Assembly: GCA_963924565.1 (NCBI GenBank)
Contig: OZ004615.1
Span: forward strand, 5,890,001-5,954,000
Direction of reading: 5' to 3'
Length of the DNA stretch: 64,000 nt
From: Ascidiella aspersa
Taxonomy: Eukaryota
Of the stretch, positions 57,701-64,000 are shown one piece after another. Under the pieces are notes generated by a model, which saw only the letters and a list, made by a program, of their open reading frames with translations, did not search any database and was not told the origin of the DNA. A program made the translations under genes and the position numbers. Position 1 is the stretch's first letter; each line of letters starts with the position of its first letter.

Positions 57701-60378
57701 AACCTGGCGGGAGGTTAATTCGTTTCGGGGAATCAAGCAATAGCGCTAAAATTACTCTATTGTAATAAAGCTAGCCATGTGAGCATTCTCCCGGCAGATT
57801 GTTTAGCTTCCCAAAATCCAGATTTCAGGACATTTTTCCAAAATGTATGTAGCTTTCCAAAATCTTTATAGAGCTTCCCGAAATATATGTAGCTACCCGA
57901 AATATTTATATAGCTTCCCAAAATCTATCTAGCTACCAAATAATCTTTATTTAGCTTTCAAAAATGTTTATATGTAGCTTCCAAAAATGTATGTAGCTAC
58001 CTAAAATCTTATGTAGCTACCCGAAATCTATATCTAGCTACCCAAAATCGTTATGTACCTTCCCCAAATCTTTATGTATAGCTTTCCACAATCTATGTAG
58101 TTACCCAAAATCTTTATGTGGATTCCCCAAATCCAGATGTAACCCTATAGCCTTGAAAATTACGCAATGACAATTAAACGAGTAACGTAACTTTAGCAAA
58201 AATAGACTGTGGATCGCTTGCATAACCATCGCGTTTTTGTTGTTGCGTCGGCCGGCGTTCTTCAGTTCTGACTCACGCCGGTTAACAAGGTGAAGTAAAA
58301 GCAGCTAAACAACAGCCGGGAGACTCGCTGTTTTCGCGCCTCGATCCCAAATGTTTACCAGAAGTAAGGCGGCGGTTCGCGGTAATCTGCGATTGTGCAT
58401 CCGGCCGACGACGTGCGATCTTCCCGAACCTCGAGCGGCGGAGCGCGATAACGACCAGCTATTCGCCGAATGCCGCCCGCCCTAAACAGTCGAGCACCTG
58501 CGCCCCAAACCACATTGGCACGACTGACCACAAGACACGCTCAAAACCTACGCCGCTTTGAAGTCGCTTTCCCAGCAGCAGCGGCGGCGGACAAAAGTTG
58601 CCAGGGACCCTTACCGGGGTTCACCCCCCTTGGGTCTCTGCTACGGTTCGACTGCTCGCTCGGGGGTAGGGGTAGGGGGTAATCGCGTCGGGTCCCTCGG
58701 GAGTGTTCGATTTCGTCAACAAGCGCTGGATCTGAGACCGTTTCAAACGGGAAGAGCGCTGGTTGAAGGAAAAGGCGTTTAATCGGCTTTGGGTGCGCCC
58801 CGATGCTGACGATTGACAATTGCAAGACCGGGAATAGATTTCTCCGCGTCTGTACCAAATCCGAAGGAGGGGTTTGAGAATTGGGTTTTGCCGAATGCAG
58901 CAAAAGCGGGCGGCTATTACAAATCAATAGAAAAAACTTTCTCAGGACCCTTTATACTTTAGCGGCCACTTTGTTAGATTATTACAGGACTGGGCTAACG
59001 TACTATCCGCTTTGATGACATTGCCCAATATTGGGTTCAAACGTAGGCTATTCTGTATTAATGACAAAATTGTGATATATTACATAAATGTAAGTATTGC
59101 GACTGTTAGGCCTGCATTTGGCTTCTCATAAACGGTGACTTAATAATCAAACTATATTTTCCCTGCTTAGGTTGGGCTTACTGGGTATCCCAATATTGCA
59201 GAAATGTCACGTTTTTTGGCGAAGCATAATCTACCCAGAAATACTTTAAAGTACGATGGGTTTGTTATAAAATGAAGTTTAAAATTCGTATCACGTTACA
59301 AATGTGCGTAATAAATGTAAAGCGCAAAAATCGGTTAAATTGGGTGTAAAAGACAAAAGCCGTTCTCTCACAGCTTGCAGCCCCCGGTTTTGACCCACTT
59401 TTCACAAGCCCCGGGGCAAACCGCTGGCCCCGGGCCAATGCCCCAGGGCGCACGTGTTCGGCGCTGACGAAACCAAATCGAACGGAACAGAGATAAGATC
59501 GCGCGCTTGATTTTCCAGACTAAACAACAATCAATTTTTCAATCGCCGAAAACACACAACACCGAGGGGGCCTCGACCTCGCGGCAAGGCGATATTTTAA
59601 TTTTCACGGCTCTGCTTTTTTTGCCTTTTTTTTCGTCTCGCTTCACGTGAAGCGAAAATCCTTTTTTTAGCCGACCGGCGAAATTTGTCGAACACTTGGT
59701 GGTCCCGGGAGCCGAAGCGGATTTTGTATCGCGAGATGAATTCAGTGAAGGTCTTTAGGGTTAACGAAGCATTATGTTTTCATTACTAGTATTGCCTTAC
59801 AATACTCGTGGTTTTATCAAACGACAGGAACACAGTTATTTGGTAAAACATTGTCTTGTAAAAATTGCAATTTCGCTTTTGATTGTGCGAGACCAATACA
59901 TCTAGTTTTGAAACAACAAGCCGAAAGTTATACAAAAATACATGGTGTAGTATATGTAAATAGGTGACAAGAAATTTTAGACTGTACGACGGTTTACAAA
60001 GGTTCGCTACAGTTTTTATTGCACCTAGTTGTTCATATTTTCCTAGCATAATAATAATTTAGTTAGGTAAGTTCGACAACAAAATTTAGATCCAGTTTGC
60101 GATCGTAAATCCTACCAGTTATCCGGCCCTCGACGGCCAGGCTTTACAGTTATCCGGCCTATTTTAAAAAAAGTTTGCATATCCCTGACCCAACTATAAT
60201 TAAGCACTACAAAGCAGGAACTCTCACCTGCGGGTCCAAAGCTCCTCCTTGTGAGAAAGATGCTGCTGTCCGGACGTCGGTTGTGCTCCGGAGGGTCCTC
60301 CGTGAAGATGTCGTCGGCCCATTTGCAAACGTTGCGCAGACTTGTTTTCGCCTGGTTCGAGCGGATCAGCTTTCGTGA
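27580..60378 (-). CDS. ADAMTS2/3/14: ADAMTS procollagen N-proteinase-like (ADAMTS2/3/14 clade), 5'-partial; 20 exons, about 1026 aa in the window: M12B protease, disintegrin-like, TSP1, Cys-rich, spacer, 3xTSP1, PLAC, unusual C-terminal extension
   Basis: Clade-diagnostic segments [96 protein letters not shown] and [27 protein letters not shown]. All introns GT-AG with consistent phases (3081 nt). Confidence 0.95.
28283..28446. repeat. 47-bp tandem repeat, about 3.3 copies
   Basis: ttgagttagaattgg-like unit starts at 28292, 28339, 28386, 28433. Confidence 0.85.
28604..28714 (-). CDS. ADAMTS2/3/14: ADAMTS exon S (extra TSP1-like module)
   Basis: ctccgcag|[36 protein letters not shown]|gtaagt; phase 2-2. 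Confidence 0.8.
29687..30096 (-). CDS. ADAMTS2/3/14: ADAMTS exon R (acidic spacer, RRRRRSVR, start of extra TSP1-like module)
   Basis: ttttcgcag|[19 protein letters not shown]...[12 protein letters not shown]...[30 protein letters not shown]|gtaaga; 410-nt open frame, GC-rich. Confidence 0.85.
30727..31196. mobile_element. hAT MITE family 1 copy
   Basis: cagtgttgtaa...ttacaacactg with gacttgactt arrays. Confidence 0.85.
31260..31477 (-). CDS. ADAMTS2/3/14: ADAMTS exon Q (PLAC domain)
   Basis: [73 protein letters not shown]. Confidence 0.93.
31578..31678. repeat. Foldback (Penelope pLTR-tail-like); related copy at 54779-54911
   Basis: tgataataaattgcaaagccaaaaaggtcg / cgacctttttggctttgcaatttattatca. 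Confidence 0.85.
32438..32497 (-). CDS. ADAMTS2/3/14: ADAMTS exon P (basic linker, symmetric phase 1-1)
   Basis: cccctag|[20 protein letters not shown]|gtagtt; skippable without frameshift. Confidence 0.7.
32634..32904. mobile_element. MITE family 3 (TAGGGATGTCC TIR, CCGATA subrepeats)
   Basis: tagggatgtcc...ggacatcccta; related copies at 10142-10490 and 34506-35160. Confidence 0.75.
33286..33421 (-). CDS. ADAMTS2/3/14: ADAMTS exon O (TSP1-4)
   Basis: [45 protein letters not shown]. Confidence 0.95.
33979..34180 (-). CDS. ADAMTS2/3/14: ADAMTS exon N (TSP1-3)
   Basis: [67 protein letters not shown]. Confidence 0.95.
34506..35160. mobile_element. MITE family 3 copy
   Basis: tagggatg...catcccta; ccgatac/gtatcgg subrepeats. 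Confidence 0.7.
35453..35578 (-). CDS. ADAMTS2/3/14: ADAMTS exon M (TSP1-2)
   Basis: [41 protein letters not shown]; phase 2-2. Confidence 0.9.
36041..36186 (-). CDS. ADAMTS2/3/14: ADAMTS exon L (spacer end, TSP1-2 start)
   Basis: [48 protein letters not shown]; weak donor AG|GTTCGA chosen to match the phase of the next exon. Confidence 0.87.
36247..36387. repeat. ~119-nt near-perfect hairpin flanked by 11-bp direct repeats
   Basis: agtgccgactt at 36247 and 36377; arms tataggccagtgag...gctatac / gtataac...ctcactgacctata. Confidence 0.88.
38938..39113 (-). CDS. ADAMTS2/3/14: ADAMTS exon K (spacer)
   Basis: [58 protein letters not shown]. Confidence 0.93.
39235..39690. mobile_element. hAT MITE family 1 copy with perfect 8-bp TSD
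   Basis: gtctatag|cagtgttgtaa...ttacaacactg|gtctatag. Confidence 0.92.
40305..40506. mobile_element. Second copy of the palindromic MITE
   Basis: gacgctagtctagaatcttaccac...gtggtaggattgtagaccagcgcc. Confidence 0.8.
40626..40712 (-). CDS. ADAMTS2/3/14: ADAMTS exon J (spacer)
   Basis: [28 protein letters not shown]. Confidence 0.93.
41195..41324 (-). CDS. ADAMTS2/3/14: ADAMTS exon I
   Basis: [43 protein letters not shown]. Confidence 0.95.
41559..41602 (+). ncRNA. Minimal hammerhead motif, same family, G12->A
   Basis: UUUACA-CUGAAGA-U-AGCA..UGCU-AAAAC-GUC-UGCAAA. Confidence 0.6.
42372..42691. mobile_element. hAT/Charlie-like MITE
   Basis: cagtggttct...agaatcacgg; TSD ctgtagac/ccgtagac. Confidence 0.8.
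43868..44001 (-). CDS. ADAMTS2/3/14: ADAMTS exon H (Cys-rich)
   Basis: [44 protein letters not shown]. Confidence 0.95.
44578..44747 (-). CDS. ADAMTS2/3/14: ADAMTS exon G
   Basis: [56 protein letters not shown]. Confidence 0.95.
45830..45877 (-). ncRNA. Degenerate minimal hammerhead motif (family B); second copy at 41091-41138
   Basis: CUGACAA-A-GGC.CCU..AGG..GCC-GAAAC-GUU; the sister copy reads GUGAUGA..GAAAC-GUU. Confidence 0.55.
47180..47322 (-). CDS. ADAMTS2/3/14: ADAMTS exon F (central TSP1)
   Basis: [47 protein letters not shown]. Confidence 0.95.
47342..47589. mobile_element. hAT MITE family 1, short copy with a duplicated end
   Basis: cagtgttgtaaacaagtc at 47342 and again at 47462; ends ttacaacacta. 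Confidence 0.8.
48015..48128 (-). CDS. ADAMTS2/3/14: ADAMTS exon E (disintegrin-like)
   Basis: [38 protein letters not shown]. Confidence 0.93.
48650..48820. repeat. CT-rich low-complexity tract
   Basis: Runs of ctct/tttc. Confidence 0.8.
50523..50655 (-). CDS. ADAMTS2/3/14: ADAMTS exon D
   Basis: [44 protein letters not shown]. Confidence 0.95.
52507..52650 (-). CDS. ADAMTS2/3/14: ADAMTS exon C (third Zn His, Met-turn)
   Basis: [47 protein letters not shown]. Confidence 0.95.
52720..53418. repeat. Old tandem duplication, period about 380 bp
   Basis: cacaaaatgac..., tggtttgtaaata, aatacaattttagtgc each occur twice in the same order. Confidence 0.75.
55108..55213 (-). CDS. ADAMTS2/3/14: ADAMTS exon B (HExxH)
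   Basis: [35 protein letters not shown]. Confidence 0.95.
57803..58140. repeat. ~20-21-bp minisatellite, about 15 copies
   Basis: Unit tagctWcccaaaatctWtatg. Confidence 0.9.
60228..60378 (-). CDS. ADAMTS2/3/14: ADAMTS exon A (metalloprotease)
   Basis: [50 protein letters not shown]. Confidence 0.92.
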
Positions 60379-61177
60379 CTGTGTGACGTAACAAACATGT
60401 GATCAACGGCTTGTTTTCGTTTGAATTTAAACCCTATTGCTAGTGACCAGTGTGTATACCGGTGATTACAAAGCGTTTTACAACATGTTTTTTGCAATGC
60501 TTCAAGGTAGGGCTTTCTGAACCGGTGGTCGCTTAATAATTTCAGGACTGACAAGTAAGGCAACATCAATGTGTTCTTTTATCTAATGAACCCATGGACT
60601 TTTTCTTACTTTCGGACAAGTGGAAAAAACGATGTAAAAACTATTTTTAATCCGGCTTCTATATAGCATTTTAACTTTCTAATTAGTTAAGTCGTAGCCC
60701 ATTGGACACGTTTAAGCTCAGACTGTAATATTAGAGTTGGTTATAAAAATCCAAGTGAGTTTTTTTCACAATTTAACATTTTTTTAACGAAAGAAAGAAC
60801 TTTTAAGGGTATATATAGTTTACGCCGGATTCTGCCGGTTTACAAACTTGACGGCACAAGTCTGTTAATATCCTTGCCAATTTCCTGTCGCCGGTGTGTA
60901 CAAATTACACACGCCAATTCGCCGGCAAAATGTAAACGGCCAAAGTGCCGCTGCTATCTCAGAGATCAATTCAAAGCTAAAAAAACACTCTTCACGGCCT
61001 CCGTAGGTTTATCGAGTTAAAATGGCAAGTCCGTCCGATCGCCTTAATCGGATTAACGTCGCGGCTCTTGACGAAAACGACTGGCGATCTTTTCCTTTGT
61101 TTCCGCGCGCGGCGTAATCAAGCCCGGGTGTTTGTTTAGGTATCCGGCGCTTCAGTAACCGGCCGGGCCTCGTAGAA

Positions 61178-61434
61178 CAGTGCTTCTTATACTTTTTTGG
61201 TTTTGTTCACCCCTAGCATCTATCTTCAGATTTTATTCACCCTTGTCTCATGATATGATAAAACCATCCCGTCTATATATAACAGCACAAAATGAACACC
61301 CAGGATATCCGCCCTGCTCGCATGCTATCATCCATTTCTGCCGGTTCACCCTTATTCACCCGTTTTGGTTGGTTCACCCCTGCAAAAAATGTATTCACCC
61401 TGTGATGAACCATTCACCTGATTAAGAAACAGTG
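61178..61434. mobile_element. hAT MITE with TTCACCC subrepeats and perfect 8-bp TSD
   Basis: tcgtagaa|cagtgcttctta...taagaaacagtg|tcgtagaa. Confidence 0.85.
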
Positions 61435-61685
61435 TCGTAGAACACAACAGTTCATAATAAGAGCAGAGGCTCTCAAATTTAGATTGGTTGCGGCAATCAA
61501 ACATATTCGGGAACACTTTCTACTAAAGAATAACTTTGTAACTTAACAGCCGAGCCCAAACAAGGCTAAGCAATAGCTAAACACCATTAATATATATAGT
61601 TGTATTCTGGATAGTGTGCTTTTGCTCTTGTATGTGTGTTTTTATTTGTAACACAAAACAGTTATTTAAAACTTGTACCGATATG

Positions 61686-61905
61686 CAGTGTTGTAATGAT
61701 TTAATGACTTAACTTAAGTGTACTCAAGGGTGTTGATTTCACTTATAGATGACTTCTCTAATGATGACTTAAATCGGATTTGACTTGGGTAAATGATCTT
61801 GATCTTGGACTTGACTTTCTTTTTGACTACAATTGACTTGGACTCAAGTTATTTCAAAATTGAATTGACTGGGACTCAATGATTTCAAAACGCCTTTACA
61901 ATAAT
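61686..61905. mobile_element. hAT MITE family 1, degenerate copy (another remnant at ~55399-55682)
   Basis: cagtgttgtaatga start and gactt subrepeats. Confidence 0.6.
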
Positions 61906-64000
61906 GCCTTTACATATAAGCGTTTGACCTGTTTATTGGTCAGCACAGTTACAAAACTAAATGCTGCTTTGGTCACTGACATTTGTGAACCAAGGAACGA
62001 AAAATTGACTCCAGGCCAAATAGATGTGTTGTGTGCGGTCCTAAAACACCCAAAAGCCACACTGGTCGTAATGAACAGCTAAACGTTGTGTAAAAAATTT
62101 GAAAGGAAAGTCGATCTGTGTCATCATTTCACGACTGTAATCGCCAAACAACAACGCACTTTGAAAAGGTTAAACAAATTTGGTGAAAAGGGCGGCACGA
62201 ATTTGCTCCATAAACTTTACTGCTTCGAATTCTTGCATTCGGTATATGAATGTCGCGATAGTTCAAATCAGTATTGTATGACTTAACCTGAGTACACGAA
62301 AGTAACTGTGCTTTATTAAAATACCTTGAAAAGCGTGTTGACCCAACTTTATTCCATTTACATTAGTAGTTTGGCCTAAACGCAGGTATTTTAGACGAAT
62401 GGCTGGACTTGTAAAATTGCATTATAACCCTTATTTTTTGTAAGCCTTTGCTTACTTTGAGTTCGATGCCAATGACTTCAATGGCAAAATAGGAAGATTA
62501 CTTATCATTTTACCCGTAAAACAGTTTACTTGCTATATGACTTAATGACAATGAATTGATCTGGCTTGTCTTTCTATGGAAATAAATTGGACTGGAAGTT
62601 CCTGTTTATTGCAAACGACCCAAAACCTAAACCCAATGATATCTTGCTGGCAAATTGTAACCGATTTAACGGCGGCTGTGTAGCAACAGCTGTACCCATC
62701 GCGCTGCGTACGTGCTGAGCTTGGCCTTGACAGCGAACCGCCAAGGTTTCGCGCGAATTATATACCCCCTGTTTTTGTTGACCGAAAGCCGCTAGAACAT
62801 CAATCTCTGCACCTCGCCGCTTTCCGCTGAGATGAGTCGACAACCGCAAGCAAATAAACAATAGACCGTATGCGTCACTTCTTAACGGCGGGGGTATTTG
62901 CGGGGGGCTAGTCAGCTCGTATATCGTACACAAGGACCACATCAATTTAACAGCATAGCAGCTGTTTTGACAAGTTGAAGTGGACAGGAAATATTATGTT
63001 GCCTATATTTTTGTTCGTTATTTGTGAATTCAAGGACCACTCCTTAAGTTTCATTATTTTTAACCTTGTGATCAGTTTACTTACATTCAGAAACCCAACC
63101 TTGTAATGTGCGATAGAACATTAAAACACGAGCGCTATGTTCAAGGACAGGTTGCTTGAATCACTTTGCAATGACAAGACGAAAAAACAAATATTAACTG
63201 GGGGATGCGCCCACAGCTGTTCTCTAGGCAGCCAACAAGGCCAATATACAACCGGCAACCTGCCTATTTCGCAAATGCAAAAAAATTATACGTGACGGGC
63301 TTTTTGGTGCAATTTGCAAACGGGATATTTCCCCGGCGACTGGACCAGGCATTTTTTTGTGGGCCTCTACACGGGCATTTATTTTGCCCCACGAAATAGT
63401 TCACATCGTCCACAACAGACATCTTTTCATTTCACAAACCTTAAAACACATGGCTGAAGCTTTTGATGTAGCCGCTTGCACAACGGCCAATTGTGTTACG
63501 GCCAAATTGCGTTGTATATTTATACAGTTGCAAAGTGCCGTCAATCGGCAAGGCAAGATCAAAAGTGGAAAATTTGGGGTGCCGGATGGCGTGTTACACC
63601 TGTCTGGCAGTATACGACCCTCTGTGCAATCAACTAAGGCCACGGCATGATCAAAGACATCGCATAAATCGGTCAAACCACCCATTACACGGGATCGCCG
63701 CAAAAATAGCTCAATTTTTTGAGGATCAAAGCTACACTTCCAACGGGATTAAAATGTGCGGTGAAAAAACAATATAACGTAATAGCGAAATTGCATTAGA
63801 GTTGCGTGCAAGATAAAACAAGATCACGGATCCCTTGCGAAACACCGAACGTTATAGTATGGCCCTTGGGTATAGACTCCAGAGGGGTAACACTAATTTA
63901 CGGAATAATGAATGGTCGGAATGGTCGGAACGCTCACAGTATTATTATTAAACATAATAACACTTGACCCACCTTCACCCAAACGCTAACCCCCACCCTA

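Noticed and set aside
57803-58140. Regularly spaced ~21-bp repeats suggesting a CRISPR array
   Set aside because: Units are contiguous and degenerate with no unique spacers, there are no cas genes, and the context is a eukaryotic intron: a minisatellite or MITE subrepeat array
58662-58692. GGGGG-TA-GGGG-TA-GGGGG..GGG potential G-quadruplex
   Set aside because: The fourth tract is distant, the motif is on the template strand of the intron, and there is no other support
54263-58927. Numerous 60-140-aa ORFs in GC-rich intronic islands as nested genes or transposases
   Set aside because: No recognisable domains, catalytic motifs or exon chains; more likely regulatory or decayed repeat DNA
63580-63630. 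CLAVYDPLC in ORF 63493..63777 resembles a Kazal reactive loop
   Set aside because: No following G-x-D-G-x-T-Y-x-N-x-C in any frame and no convincing splice sites; likely chance
60400-64000. Expected upstream ADAMTS exon (VNEIY..SLG-like)
   Set aside because: Not found by eye on the minus strand; probably beyond the window end

Overview
Eukaryotic, intron-rich, AT-rich DNA from an invertebrate chordate, probably an ascidian/tunicate (inferred from gene content, GC-rich exons in AT-rich introns and frequent TGACGTCA octamers; not proven). Three spliced genes were rebuilt by hand, with GT-AG boundaries and consistent phases. (1) The 3' half of an anthrax-toxin-receptor (ANTXR1/2-like) gene on + (7 exons, 770-8263). 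(2) A complete Enigma-type PDZ+3xLIM gene (PDLIM5/PDLIM7/LDB3-like, 371 aa, 9 coding exons) on - (10925-23748). (3) Twenty exons (about 1026 aa) of an ADAMTS2/3/14-like procollagen N-proteinase gene on - (27580-60378; its 5' end lies beyond the window). Introns are crowded with hAT-type MITEs (several with 8-bp TSDs), foldback elements and minisatellites. Most notable: an unusual post-PLAC extension of the ADAMTS (acidic spacer, polybasic convertase site, internally duplicated TSP1 module, cationic tail with dibasic sites, resembling a peptide precursor); at least three families of degenerate minimal hammerhead-ribozyme motifs of Penelope/retrozyme type, one inside a 171-nt terminally redundant unit; a candidate mutually exclusive ADAMTS mini-exon; a candidate decayed alternative terminal ANTXR exon; a near-consensus CTCF site between the convergent genes; and adjacency of three genes whose human paralogues share the 4q/5q/10q paralogon.
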